Positions 25,932 to 39,799 of a DNA stretch of 64,000 nucleotides are shown here, piece by piece (position 1 is the stretch's first letter; the number at the start of each line of letters is the position of its first letter). Source of the stretch: the human T2T-CHM13v2.0 reference genome, Homo sapiens; NCBI RefSeq assembly GCF_009914755.1, contig NC_060933.1, one strand, 5' to 3'. The position numbers were made by a program, and so were the translations under genes. The notes below the pieces were generated by a model. The model was given only the letters and a program-made list of their open reading frames with translations. It ran no database searches and was not told where the DNA came from.

Positions 25932-26849
25932 AAAAATAGTTCTTTCTTTCCTGCTAGGACTCTGGTGGATACATGTTAGAGTCTCCCAAACTCTCCTTCC
26001 TATCTTTTAATTACTCTTTTACACTTTATTTCCTTATATCTTTGTACTGTCTCTGGATGAATTTCTCAGTGCTATTTTCTATTTCATGAATTCTTTGACC
26101 ATGTCAATCTGTAATTTATTGCATTTGTTGACTTTTTAAGTATCATTGAGTACATGCATTATTTCTAAGATTTCTGATTGATTTTCTTTTATATCCACTT
26201 GTACTTCTTAAATTTGTAAATGTTAAAAGTTTTTATTTCTTCATTTATCTCTTTGAGCATCTTAAGCATATTTATTATAATTCTTTGTCAAATGTCTTTA
26301 ACATATAAATTTCCAGAGTAAATTCATGATTATGTAGTTCATTTCTGGGGGACAGAGAGACTTCTCCCTTTAATATTATCTAACTTCATATTCCTTTTGA
26401 ATTCTGTATTTTGGATTCATTTAAATTGAACATTATGTGGGCTTTGATTTGTTATTTCTCTATGTCATCACTCTTCCCCATGTATCATGTTTATGTTGTC
26501 GTCCATTCTGTTTCTTATGCACCAGACTAAAACCAAGATTTATAATGGTGGCCTGGGACTTTCAGCCCATGATGGTATTGGAGATACTGGAAATTCTATG
26601 ACTAAGCTGGAAGACAGTTTAACTCAGTTCCTCGTATGTGGAGACTGTGTGTGTTCTCCAGCCTCCTTGAACCCCCAGATTCTTACAATCCATAGCATCA
26701 GGCTATGATGAACTCAGCTTGGTAAGCTGGTTTATCAGCTTATTTTCATGAGTGGAGAGCCCTATTCCATCTCTCAATTTCTAGATTTAGTTTGTTATTC
26801 AGCAAATGACAAGAACATGAGGCAATTGGAAGGAAGCTATCCAGTATAC

Positions 26850-27485
<636 letters not shown>

Positions 27486-27869
27486 AATCTAGACCTCTTT
27501 TTCCCTCCTAGCTTTAACTTTCTAAGAACGTTGACAGGTTGTCATTCATAGCCCCAGGGTAGCAGATGAAGAAGTAGTTGTGAACAGCACCACAGCATGA
27601 AGCTGCAGTTTGAGCAGTTTTCCTCTGTGATACACCAGCCTTTCAGAGTGCCTGGTGTGACACCACTATCATTTTTGCAGAGCGCCAATAAAAATGATTT
27701 GATATTGTTAAGGATGATTTCTCGAATGTGTTTCTTAGGAAGAAAGGGAAACGGAAAAAATGAGGTTTTAAAACATTTTAGTTTTTTGAGGAAAGAAATA
27801 AGAGTGAAGAAATAAAGGAGGAAAGGAGGGCAAATGAAGCAGAAGAAAGATGTGGTAAGCCTACCTCTA

Positions 27870-28090
27870 AGAGGCAGTATTACAGAGAGGAGAGAGCATG
27901 GATTTTAGAGTCAGAACTGAATTTGGATCCTGGCTCAGCTACTTATGAGCTGTCGGGCAAGTCAACCCCAGTGCCCTCTTATGAAATGAGCATCATAGCC
28001 ATTATGTAGAGTTATAGAGGATTAAGACTCCCTCTGTAAAGGGCAAATACAATATGTGATATATAACAGAAACTTCACAAATGGTTGCCA
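27870..28090 (+). mobile_element. MIR SINE
   Basis: gaggcagtatt...gagagcatggattttagagtcagaactg..tttggatcctggctcagctacttatgagctgt.gggcaagt. Confidence 0.7.
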
Positions 28091-29879
28091 CACCATCCTC
28101 ATCATTACACCACCATTAGCATAACCAAGGAACTAACCACATGTGAAAGGGGAGAACACAGGGGCCATGTCTTCTGACTATCGTGAGTCTTGGTATCACC
28201 TATGGGCTACTGTTGATGCCTGACATTGATGATTTTATTTCATTTTTTGCCTCTTCTAAATCTAAGACTGATGCAATCTATCATGATGTCATTTTGTAGA
28301 CAGTGCACTTGCTGGTTTATGAGCAAATCCTCCCTCCTAAAATTCTAAAAAAAAAAAAAAAAAGAAGAAACCCGGGAAGTGAAAGAGACAGACAGGTAAG
28401 GAGATAGAAACAGTAGGGAGATGACACAGAACCCTCCCAGTCACTGACCGAGGCCTGCGAACTGAAATGGGTTAGAGGTAGTCAGAAGGCAGATATGCCT
28501 GAAGAAAGAGGCGGATGATGCATGTCTCCTTCACCATCAGAAAAATGATTCATTCTGGTATTTTGAGCAGAAGACATATTATTGAGCAACCAGAAGACAA
28601 CATACAACACAATTTACATACCCCATCTCATTGTGACGTAGATATTTTATTGCCCATCTTTTAGATTAAGAAATAGCCATTTGGAGGCGCTAAATAAATT
28701 GTTCAAGCTGACATGACATAACCATTAAAGATAATGGCTGGGATTAAAATTAAAATCTAATTAGCTACAAAAGCTGTAACTGTTGCACTAGTATAAGAAA
28801 GAGACAAGATGCAGGATGGAGGACAGCTTGGCTTACACATGTTGGAGCTGTTTCTATGGTAGGGTAACGGAGAATTATAGGTCCCTATTATTACAGATGC
28901 ATAGTGAGTGAAAAGAGGCTTAACCTAGCTGTCAGAGCCACCTCATAGGGAAAAATGCTAAGTGCCTTGAAAATAATTTACTTTCTAACTCCTGGAGGGG
29001 GTGGTGGTGGTGTCAACTCATTGTTCCAGTTGACTGATACAGAAACTAAAGCTTTTTAGCTTTGCCAGCTTGTGAGTACAAATATGGTTTGATTAAAATT
29101 AAAAAACCTAGTTTCAATGGCACTGAGCCTCAGTTGCTAAATCTTAAAGAGCTAGAAGTGTAAGTTTTCATAGTTTCCCTATTCAAAGTATTTCCGATAA
29201 TTCCTAAAGCGTACTCTTAGATTATCCTCTTGTCTTCTTGCTGCTTCACTCGCTGTGCAGGAAGTGCTCAGCCTCAGTTCCAGGAAATTCCACAGAGATG
29301 CTGTTTCTAGCTATGAGTCTGTTCCAACTTCTCTGAGAAACTCCCTTTAGATGTGAGTGGAGCAAGCAATCTACTAGTTCTGCACCACGTTTTCAGTGCT
29401 GGTGGATCTGGAGACCCTGGAATAGCATTGATCCAGGAACCCAGAGCTCCTCTGAATTCTCAGTGCTGCTGGAAAACCCAGGATTCATGACACTCTTATG
29501 AAATGGGCAGGAGTGCCCCACTGTGTTTCGCTCAGTTAAGTTCAGTCCTACAGCAAAGTTGCTTGAGCCCAAACATGTCACAGTACTTAGTGATACAGTC
29601 CTTTAAATTTAGAACCTCTTCTTTGCCAGTTGTACAGATGAGAAGTTTTGAAATTAATCTCCCAGAACCCTCAATTCCTTCCAAGCTCTAAACCCTATTA
29701 CTATTTAAGGTATTCAGAAATTATGATGCAGATGTATAATTCTGCTTCAATGCCTCAAATTTGATAGTGTCCTAGGGTGATACTGATCTCAAAGAAGTAG
29801 AAGTAAAATTTTAGGCACTATTATGAAAAAATTTAAAGTTAGGGCTTTTCTTTGTGCCTCAAATCACATATGCCTAAAG

Positions 29880-30101
29880 CAGAGTTTGGCAAACCTTCTG
29901 TAAAAGGCCACAGGGTAAATATTTTAGGCTTTGGGGGCCGTAGAGTCTCTGTCACAACTATGCTACTCTACTGTTGTGGTATAAAAACAGGCATAGACAA
30001 TTACATAAACAAATTGGCATGGCAGTGTTGTAGCAAAACATTAGTACAAAATCAGGTGGTAAGCTGCATTTGACCCATTGGCCATAGTTTGCTAACCTCT
30101 A
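29880..30101 (+). mobile_element. MER58A hAT-Charlie MITE
   Basis: TIRs cagagtttggcaaac / gtttgctaacctcta; perfect 8-bp TSD GCCTAAAG at 29872 and 30102. Confidence 0.9.
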
Positions 30102-30174
30102 GCCTAAAGCATGGCCTTTGGAATTATTTTTCTATTTGAATTCTCATTGTTATTCATATCTATGCTGTACCCAG

Positions 30175-30280
30175 ACATGTTCTTTAATCTCCCTGAACCT
30201 CAGTTTTATCATCTGTAAAATGGGATTGTGCCATTGACCTCATTGGCCTACTGTAAAGATTAAGAAGATATATGTTCAAA
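30175..30280 (+). mobile_element. MIR core fragment
   Basis: ttctttaatctccctgaacctcagttttatcatctgtaaaatgggat. Confidence 0.7.
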
Positions 30281-30350
30281 ACCATCACCCCGACCAAAGT
30301 AACCTGCGTAACATATAGCTAGCATCCTGTTAAGTTCATTCATTCTCTTC

Positions 30351-30675
30351 TGCTATTGTTTGAATGTTTATGTTCCTTCCAAATTCAAATGTTGAAATCT
30401 TAACTCCCCAAAGTGATGGTATCTGGAGGTGAGACCTTTGAGAGGTCATTGGAGTCCTCATAAAACAAAACTCAGAGAGACCACTTTCCTCTTCTACCAT
30501 GTGAGGATGCAGCAATAAGTCACCTTCTTTGAGTCAGAGAGCAGGTCCTCATCATACATGACTCTTCCTTAATATTGGATTTCCCGGCTTCCAGATCTGT
30601 GAGGATTACATTTCTTTGTTTATAAGCCACTCAGTTTATGATATTGTGTTATAACAGCCTCAATGAAATGAAACT
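30351..30675 (+). mobile_element. MLT1A0-like solo LTR
   Basis: tgctattgtttgaatgtttatgttccttccaaattc...ccatgtgagga...gtttataagccactcagtttatgatattgtgttataacagcc. Confidence 0.8.
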
Positions 30676-31100
30676 TTTTTTTTTTTTAACCTCTAGTCAC
30701 TTTTTCTAATTAGCAGTCCTGATTAGAGGACTATAGCCAGGGCAATAAGTGGCCAGGGAGGTTTTCTCTGAGGATAGACGTCAAGACTGGGAAAAATAGG
30801 ACTCTCCATTTCAGGATCAAAATATGGAGGCCTGAGGTGAGTTTTCACCACATGCAGTTGTTTCTGTTCATCCCCTTATAGGGAATTGAGATTCAGGCAA
30901 AAAGTTGACATGACAGTTGGGGAGAAAAACATTTATTTCTTGTACTTAGCAAGAAGTCCCGTCTGCTATAACACCCTGTACCCCACTAGAAAATATAAAT
31001 CGGGGTGATCTGCATTGGGACTGAGTAGAGATCTTGTGTGTGGACAACATAATCCCCAACCTCAGGGCCCAGGCACACGCGTTTGTCTGCTAGAAGGCAG

Positions 31101-31119
31101 AGTGCCCTCTAGTGTTGGT
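31101..31119 (-). promoter_or_regulatory. CTCF-like motif
   Basis: Minus strand reads ACACTAGAGGGCAC, 1 mismatch to the core CCACYAGRKGGCRC. Confidence 0.45.
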
Positions 31120-31746
31120 GATGTGGATAACTTGGCTGATTGATCAGGGTGGCCGCAGGAGGCTCAGCGGCCTAACATACACTTTATGAGGCTTGCTGTC
31201 TTACTTCCCTTCACTTTATGATGTGGGGATAGTTTGCACAATTTGTGGGAGCCAGGTGTTCTCCTTCCTTTGCACAGCAGGAGCCAAAAGAGAATTTCAG
31301 GGGAACTTCTAACAAAACCATTTTTACTTGTTTCTGGCTGCTGAGTTTTGAGTCTGATGAACCTTCCATCCCTTCATTTAAGCTACAAGGCTCAGGCTAT
31401 ATGATTGGCTACTCACTTGTTTGTTTGTTTTCTGATGATGATTACCTAATGCTTCTTTGGGATTGGAGTTCCTGATTGTTTGAGTTGAGTGCAGCCAGGT
31501 GGCCAAGTGCACTGGCTCTCCCTGATCAAGTCAGCTGCAACTCAGTAATCCTCTCTCCACCCCTCACTCCTACCACCACCTTTTGTAAATGTCCTAAGGA
31601 ATGCTGAGGAGCATTTCCCAGGTACACGCACAGCAATATTGTCAAACGGCACGTTTGCAACCCAGAAAATAACTCTAAGATTTATTGGTATACTTTTACA
31701 TATATTTATTGATTGAATAGGAAAAAGCATGTGAATTTGGAACCTA

Positions 31747-32351
31747 TTTTTTCTTTATTCTTTAAAAAATGGGAAACATGTGCAGAACATGCAGGTTTGT
31801 TACACAGGTATACCTGTGCCATGGTGGCTTGCTGCACCTATTGACTCATCCTCTAAGTTCCTTTACCTCACCCCCACCCCCAACAGGCCCTGGTGTGTGT
31901 TGTTCCCCTCTCTGTATCCATGTGTTCTCAATCTTCAACTCCCACTTATGAGTGAGGACATGCGGTGTTTGGTTTTTTTGTTCCTGTGTTAGTTTGCTGA
32001 GGATAATGACTTCCAGCTTCATCCATGTCCCTGCAAAGGACATGATCTTATTCCTTTTTATGGCTGCATAGTATTGCACGTTGTATATGTGCCACATTTT
32101 CCTTTTCCAGTCTATCATTGATGGGCATTTGGGTTGGTTCTGTGTTTTTGCTATTGTAGATAGTGCTGCAATAAACAAACATGTGCATGTGCCTTTTTAG
32201 TAGAATGATTTATATTCCTTTGCGTATATACCCAGTAATAAGATTGCTGGGTCAAGTGGTATTTCTAGTTCTAGATCCTTGAGGAATCTCCATACTGTCT
32301 TCCACAATGGTTGAACTAATTTACTCTCCCACCAACAGTGTAAAAGTATTC
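31747..32351 (-). mobile_element. 5'-truncated L1PA8A-like LINE-1 3' end, inserted in a MIR
   Basis: ORF 31846-32178(-) is the L1 ORF2 C-terminus (MFIAAL.TIAKT.NQPKCPS..DW). 3' UTR gctgcacctattgactcatcctctaagttcc. MIR halves at ~31720-31742 and ~32352-32575. Confidence 0.9.
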
Positions 32352-32639
32352 AGAACTTATATTCAAATCCTGACTCAACCACTCGCTTCCAAAGAGACCT
32401 TAGATTAGTTTTAATTTTTCAGAGTGCAAGTTTCCTCATTGGCAAAAAGAGGATATGACAAATACTTACATTGTAGGGTTGCTATGATAATGAGTGAGAA
32501 TATATAAAGTGCCTATTACAAAGACTGATACATCCTAGACACTCAATACTTTGAGGCTAGCGTAATTATTATTAGATTAAGGGAAGGCCAGAGGAGGGAG
32601 GGGGCAAAGGCAGGGTGTTTGGATAAAGAGTAGCAGGAC

Positions 32640-33560
32640 ATGAGGTTGGGGTTGAGTCAGGGATGTATTCTGAAGGGCCTCAGAGGTTCTGGAAGGTTTG
32701 GATTTTAATTAGTAGAGATCAGATCTACTTAAGTCAGATTAGATTAGAGATAATAGAAAAGGGGTTGGTGATTTAGAAAGAAAAATCTGCTGTGCAGGAG
32801 GAAAATAAAGAGATGGCTATTAATTGAAAGACAATGACTTGACCAGGCAGTGGAATTGGATATATACGGGCAGCAGAGAACAGGATTCAACAATGGGGAT
32901 GCTGAACCCAGCCACCTGGGTTTTCCCAGCTCTGTCATTTTTAAACTATGTGACCTTTAGCAAGTTACTTAACCCCTCAATATCTCCATTTCTTTCTCTC
33001 TAAAATGGAGACAGTTGTAGTACCTTCCTCACAGAGTTGCAAAGCTCTTAAGGCAGGACCTGGAATATGATGAGCATTTTTTAGACAAAAACATAATTCA
33101 TAGTAGAAAATCAGTTTCACTTGACCACAGATTGAGAGTGAAGATGGAGGCAGGAAGAATGGAAGACAGATCTGAGGCCCCATCTTGAGAAACTTGAGTG
33201 TATGCTGGTGCCATCAGCTGACATAGAAACAAGAGAAGAAATGAACTTGAGAGCTTACATAATCAGTCTGGAGCCTGGAAGAAGGTCGGGACTGGAGATA
33301 TAATTTGGGAATTGCATCTAATCTTGGAATATAATGGGGGTGAATGAGCTCATCCAATAAAATTAGGTAGTTAGACAAGAAGAGTGTTATAGAAATTTGG
33401 GATACATTCATATTCTTCAGATGGTTTGAGATCTATGATTTGAATAAGAAGGGAGCTGAATGACAAGAAGAGAACCAACAAGCATTGGGGTGGTAAAAAG
33501 CCCAAAGTAGAGACAATTATGTCTAAGAGGGTGGTCATCAGGGTCAAAGGCCAAATAATT
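32640..33560. mobile_element. L2 fragments (minus) with an embedded plus-strand MIR (~32895-33095)
   Basis: gtctggagcctggaagaaggtcgggactggagatataatttgggaattgc (L2); ctatgtgacctttagcaagttacttaacc (MIR). Confidence 0.6.
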
Positions 33561-35277
33561 CTATGAATTTAACATTAGACAATTTACCTCCCCATAGGCC
33601 ATGTCTCTAATGTTCCTGGTAATGAGCTCTGCCTTTCTGTCCCATGAATTTCCAGCTGCTTACATTTTCAGTCATGTAATGAGACCCAGACACATGCACA
33701 CATCAACCATGCAGCAGAAAAAGAATGACTCCCACACATCCCAGCGCACGTGCACTCAGACACACACAGGAAAGCCTGACCTGGAAAATGAATTAGTTGA
33801 GCCAAGAGGGAACTTTTTGTCCATAAGTTGAACGCTAATGGTTTTCTGTAAGTTAATGAAAATGGTGCTAATCAGCTCCCCCACCCCGCTTTCCAGACCT
33901 CACTCTTCCCCACTAAACCACAGAGTCTCATGAATGGCCTTGTTTCTGTATTTCGGCTCCATGATGCATATAAGTCATCACTGAGGCATAGGCTCCATTA
34001 ATTTAGCTTGCAGGGTTATCACTTATATTCTTAAAACCCAGACGAATGGATTGCAGAGTTGGCTTTCCCTCACCCTTGACTCACTAATGATGGGGTGAGC
34101 AGAATCTTGGGAACCTCTGGAGGGAAGGATCAGTCCACAGTCATTGAGGCCATCTCTCTGTTTCTGGGAAGGACCATCTCAAATGCCCCAAATAGAGAAA
34201 TAGTCTAGGTTTCCAGAGAACAAACAACGTTTGATTCCATTCAGAAATAAAAAGCTTTCATTAAGCACTCACTACGAACATGCTCCTGAGCAAGTAGCTG
34301 AGGATGCTACCAGGTAGGATCCCTGTCTTCCAACTCACAGTGAGTTGGGGAAAAGAAAACTGATAACAAGCAGCATTGGAGAGAAAGAAAAAAGTGCTTT
34401 GGGGGGTTTGAAGAGGTGGAACAAATACGAAGTAATTGCCTCTATTTTCAGAATGCTAATGATATGAAAAGATTGAACATGGGAAAGTGATTACTATTGA
34501 CTCTATAACATATTTCAGAGTTGCTTTTATTTTGGGTGGAAAAAAGTGAAAGTTGCAATATACAATGAGAAATAATGGCAAAGAGACTTTTTATCAGAGC
34601 AATTAGAAGAGGTGATTTTGGTCATTAATTAACTTAACACATACGTATTATATGTGTGTGGTGCAGCAGGAACTCTACTAGGTGTTGGGAAGCAGCTGGC
34701 CTTGTTGGGAATGCCAGGCACTTGTCCACATTTCCTGGAAGTCCTTCTGTTCTGCAAAGTGAATGTAGGGGTGGTGAGGGGGACTGTGGAGAAAGGGATA
34801 CATCCAGCTCTCTGTTGTTATCCCATCCTTACAGAACGCTTCTGAACCTTGATGGAATGGTTATTTTGCTGATACGTCAAGCATTTTCCTCTTCTCACTT
34901 CCACCATTAGTGTTGAAAACCCAAAGGGTGGGAATAAATTGTCCATTCCACAAGCCATTTCTAGAGATGTTTAGTTAATAGACAGAAAATGCACAGTAGT
35001 TAAATGTTAATTAATTCCTTTTTTGAGAAGCATATTCATTTTATGCTATTTATGAGGGTTGTCTTGTAAACAGATTCCTATTACTTTGGTTCAACCATTG
35101 AATTTTCTTTAGTCACTGATCCTAAGTGTTCATTAATTCCACTAGCTCTAGAGACTAAATTCTCACTGAACATTACTGCAAAATGCAAGTCAAAAGCAAG
35201 GGCTGTGTCTGTTTCGTCCTCTAAAAAATGCCCCCTAAGGAAGGCGAAGTGCTTGAGGGAGCTCCAAAGACAGGATT

Positions 35278-35345
35278 TGATGAAGATAATGATGATAATG
35301 ATAATGTTAGGGTAATGGAGATGGCAGTGATGGTGATGGCAGTAT
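35278..35345. repeat. Degenerate (GAT/GGT)n low-complexity tract
   Basis: gatgaagataatgatgataatgataatg...gatggcagtgatggtgatggcag. Confidence 0.7.
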
Positions 35346-35594
35346 TGGATTTATTCCCTGTTTGGATGCTGAATGAAGATGAGAACTGTGGTGTAACTTG
35401 TCTTTCCAGGTGTATTGAAGGCATTTTGCGTTTTTTAACAGGTGCACAAAAATATGTTCACTGGGGAGAGAGTTTGCTAGACATTCTAGCTTGGAAGGGC
35501 AGCTGAGGAATGAATGGACCAGACAGATTTATCCATCTGCCAGGAAAATGAAGTAAACCTGCAGCCAGTGCAGGGAAAGAATTTGAAGGTAACC

Positions 35595-35900
35595 TGGCTT
35601 GACTACAAATCCAAGGCCAGTTACGTGATTTTGGGTGATCATGTAAATTCTGTCTCCATCTCCTCATTTGTAAATGGGATATAATTTCCTACCTTTCAGG
35701 GCTGATTGTGAAGATTTAGCTGAGTTATGGGGTAGAGCTTCCACATAGCTTCTAATGCATAAATTAGTCTCAAAAAATATTGTTATCCTCCTCACCTTCC
35801 CCATGATCATCAGTTTGCTTACCTAGAAAATGGGATAATCATATGTGTATCACATGTGATAATGTATGCAAGAGCACTTTGTAAAACAGAATCTTATAAT
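35595..35900 (+). mobile_element. MIR fragments
   Basis: ctcctcatttgtaaatgggatataatttcctacctttcagggctgattgtgaagatt; atgtgataatgtatgcaagagcactttgtaaa. Confidence 0.6.
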
Positions 35901-37304
35901 CTTGCAAGTATTAATTATACCCTGGTAAAACATGGGCTATTAGGAGTAAGCAGAGTCTTTCAAAAGTCCTTAGAAATCTTTGGAGTTTTTCAAGTTTCTC
36001 CAACTTTGAATACAGATTCAATGTCAACGTCATCCTCCAGTGGAGAGCTATAGTCATTCTTTTGAATGGTGGGTCATGGGGAGGCTGGAAGGTGGAAGCA
36101 GAAGGTGAGATATTGAAATTGCCCCTTTGGAACTTGGTTCTGCCATCCTAGCTATGGAGGAAATGCCGATCCATCTGTAGCCAGTTGGGGAGAAAGAGCA
36201 AGAGACGGAAGCACTGCAGAAGAGCTGCCAGGAATTCATGAGGCTTTGCAAAGTTCATCTGTTTGATGATTGCCACAAATGGCAAAGAGAGCTGGGCCTC
36301 AGCTACAGAGAGGGAGGCTGACGGGGGATTGTCATTGCTAAGCCCTGGAATGTCTTTTGAGAATGGTTCTGAACTGGTCACTTCTCTTAATGGCTCAAGC
36401 GGGCCAACTGTGCAATGCCCACAGCTTCTACCAGCTCCTGCCAGCACCTACGCTGCCTGCCCATTTGTCCCTTAGCTAGAGCTGCATCATGGCAGCTCCC
36501 TCTGCAACCAGCAGACAGAAGGAGAGAGGTGAGGCCCTTCAGTGTGGCTTCAGGATGATCTGTCTACATTTGGTTTCCCCCTCAACCTGATCAGCATGCT
36601 AATAACTCCCTTCCTTCCTGCCAAAACTTTTTATTGAAAAATTAAACCATCTTGTCTTTATTTTAGATTGTAAACAGGCAAATTAATTTTATTGGTTAAA
36701 CCACTCTGGAGGAAGAAGGGGGCTTTTTACCTTCCATGCCATGACATCATCTCATCTGTCACCTTTTAAAAGCCCTGTGTTTGAAATCAACCCTCTTGGC
36801 AGCCTCTGCACTGGGCGGTAGCAGCATTACAAAGAGAAGGGGGAAAAGGCCATAAAATGAACTGACTGTTGGAAATTTAGTGATATGGCTACAAAGAATC
36901 AGGCAGGAGAGCCAGACCTGTAACAGCTGCTCCAGTCTTAAGAGTCTCAGCTCTGGAGGCAGCCAGCTCCCAACACATCATACACTATGGCAGATGCCGA
37001 CTGCAGCAGGAGCATTAGTGGTTATTAGAATGGGGATAAGGTTTGAAATTGTGTTTGGGCCAGTGTGTGAAGGAATGACTGTTCTCTTCCATTCAACCAC
37101 TAGGGAAGTTAGAAACATCTAATCTAGGAAGGGGTGAGTTTCTTTCCTTAACTCTGCAAATGGTCTCTTCTCTCATATGATTCTCAGGTCCTTGGGCCTT
37201 GAAAAGTTTAATCAGCACACTTCTCTCCCTAGTATCTACTTCTACCATAGTCGAGGCTACCCTGTTTTCATTGCTAGGCTCCTATAGTCTTCTGATTGTC
37301 ATGC

Positions 37305-37732
37305 TGTCTCGGGTCGAGATTCCTGAGAAAAAAACCATTGAGATGGAGATTTGTATGCAGAAAGATTACTGAGGACTGCTTCAGGAGTCACTAATGATGA
37401 GGAGTGAGGGTAGCAGGATCGGGCAGGAGGAGAACTGAAACTGTGATGCAGTTGCCATGAGACCTCAGCTGATCCCACAGGGAGCTCTGGAGCTCAGATA
37501 GCCCTTTAGAGCCACCTCAAATAAAGCCTTTGTAGCAATGCTGGTTAGTCATCTGATGCCAGCTGTCTCCAGGGAGGGACATAGCCTCCCTGTGGCAGCT
37601 TCCTTACGCCAAGGGCTAGTCTCAAAAAGGGATTTAACTGTGAGTTGTCAGCAACCAACAGTTCTGTAGCTGGGGAGATGTGCCTCAGTCCTGAAGTGGG
37701 GACCTGGGATACACATCACGGTGTCTACTATC
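37305..37732 (-). mobile_element. LTR33-family ERVL solo LTR
   Basis: tgtctcgggtcgagattcct...gacctcagctgatcccacagggagctctggagct...gtcagcaaccaaca...gctggggagatgtgcctcagtcctgaag. Confidence 0.75.
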
Positions 37733-38474
37733 TACGCATCACGGTATCTACAAATGTGGACTGCTCCCCATTTGCTCTTGTGCCCTCACTGTCTGTTCTC
37801 TCTCCTGTATTCTGAATTATCTTTCCAAAATGCAGTTGAATATGCTTTCCTTCTGCTGATAAAGTCATCAATGATTTCTTATTGCCTCAAGGTAAAGATC
37901 CAAATCTTAAGAGCTTTGCAAGAACTGAATCAGTATGACTCTGCCTGGATTTCAGCCTCTTCTATCTCTATCTCTCTTAGTGTGTCTCTACACTTAGGCA
38001 AGGGCTACTGTGCATGCAGTTCTCACTCTCTGCCATGCCTTTCTCCCCCTCTCTCCCATGGTAGAGGTTTTCTTTTTCTTTTTCTTTTTGTCATCCAGTG
38101 TTCCACTCCTCTTCCTGGTTTTGGGAAATCCTATTATGTGACTCAAAAGGAGGGAAGCCTATCTCTTGGGCACCTGACCTAGGTTTGTACAGCTGGGAGT
38201 TTCCACTCCAGGCTTTGTATCTTGAGTTAGTGACAAAAAGCCAAAGGGACAATGGGACTTAATTACTGACCTCAGCAGCCACATCATGGAGCAGGAGTGG
38301 CTATGTGCTTGGGAGCAAGTCCAGGAGAGTTTCTGCTGCCAGCTTCTCTTGATTCCTGACATTTTCTGAGTTTATTCCTCCCTCCGGTCTTCCTGTAATT
38401 TGGTGCATCACCCAGTATCTTCCTTATTCATTCCTATTTTGGTACACTTTTGCTTTATTATTCATATTTTTGAC

Positions 38475-38765
38475 ATCAACTCATGAATAACTTACTTAGG
38501 GAAGCTTTCAATGGTGCCCCTATCCAGTGTAGGTCAATTTCCCTCTCATATCACCAAGTTCTCTTCCTCCTGAACACTTATGTATCAGTTTGTAATCAAA
38601 CATTAATGGAAGTGATTATTTGATTAATGTCTATCTTTCCAATTAAATTTTGAATCTTCTGAGAGCAAGACTGTGTTTATTTTTGTTCACCTTTTTTTCC
38701 ACCTGTCTAGCACAGGGTCTAAAACTAATATCCAAGCACACATTTTGATTAAATAAAAGAATAAT
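38475..38765 (+). mobile_element. L2 3' end
   Basis: tttgattaatgtctatctttcc...tgagagcaagactgtgtttatttttgttcacc...tctagcacagggtct. Confidence 0.7.
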
Positions 38766-39799
38766 GACAGTCAATAGGAATTGGCTGGCTATAATTTTTT
38801 TAAAATGAGGAAGATATGAATATTGAGGAGAAAAGATGTATTATTTTCCTGGAGGACTGAGAAAGCACCATCTTTGTTAGGCACTGTCTTCATGCACTTG
38901 TCAATAATTTTCTGTGTTTCTTCTCTTTCTCCCTTTTGTGACCTGTCCTAATGACATAATTGATTGCCTCTCTTACACTCTGATCCTTATCACATTTTAG
39001 AAGGGCTGAAAAATTCCAGCTTCACATTTTTTGGATCTGGGTTTTCCCACTCTTTAGACACAACTTTGCTTTGCTTTCCTTCTTACCCTTAATTGAACCC
39101 TTTAAAGAACTACTGATGAAATCAATAGGCAGCCTATGCGTGGAACCAGATTCTTTTACAGAGACTTCATTAGATTGCCCTGGAGAACTGCAGTGACAAA
39201 GATACTCCTTCAGTAGAAAGAGCATTAAATGAGAGTAGCTCCTGATTGTTCCTTTTTTTTTGGGTTTCTACCAAGCCTCCCATTTCCAACTTCTGGGCTC
39301 AAACTTATTGTCCTTTCCATTTGATCCTTGCTAGGAGTTTGGTTTTCAGATGGCCTTGGGAGGTCTGAGGCCAGAGATGGATAAATGCTATAATGATAGC
39401 TGTCCATTACCACACAGCCACCAGGATGTTTGTGGGGAGGATGAGCAGGGTTGAGTTTCACAATCTGGAGGCCACTTCAAATAGCATGACCCAGCTTTAT
39501 CCCACATCAGAGCACACGGGCTTCCAATGTGTTGTCTTTGCACAGAACTCCTTGTTATCTCTGGTCCATGGGTCCAGAGCCAACTTGGAAAAGGGATCCA
39601 CTGACTTCCTCTGTCAACCTCCGCACCTCTTCCCAGGGCCAAGATACCAACACCCAGAGCTAGTCCTTATGGTGGCATCAGTGAACAGGGAGATTATCCA
39701 TAGGGAAAGGTAGTTTTTGCTCAAGAAGACAGCTTTCTCTTATCAGAAACCACTGGTCAAAGAGAAGGGAACAGAGGGAGTATCCGACGGGCTCCAGAG

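Larger units (their letters stand above)
21000..26450 (-). mobile_element. Long degenerate antisense L1M (L1ME/MD-like) ORF2 block, interrupted by AluJ and microsatellites
   Basis: T-rich + strand with L1 ORF2 antisense hallmarks (tatctgcaaatag, ccttgttcct, gtgaaaccacctgg, cattgtgatcagaga, ttaaagtctc); no intact ORF. Confidence 0.75.

Noticed and set aside
35228-35506. ATG-initiated 92-aa ORF with an acidic stretch
   Set aside because: The acidic run comes from a (GAT)n low-complexity tract; no homology recognised
37721-38182. 153-aa ORF
   Set aside because: GTG start; spans an LTR33 end, an L2 fragment and CT-rich sequence; low-complexity composition
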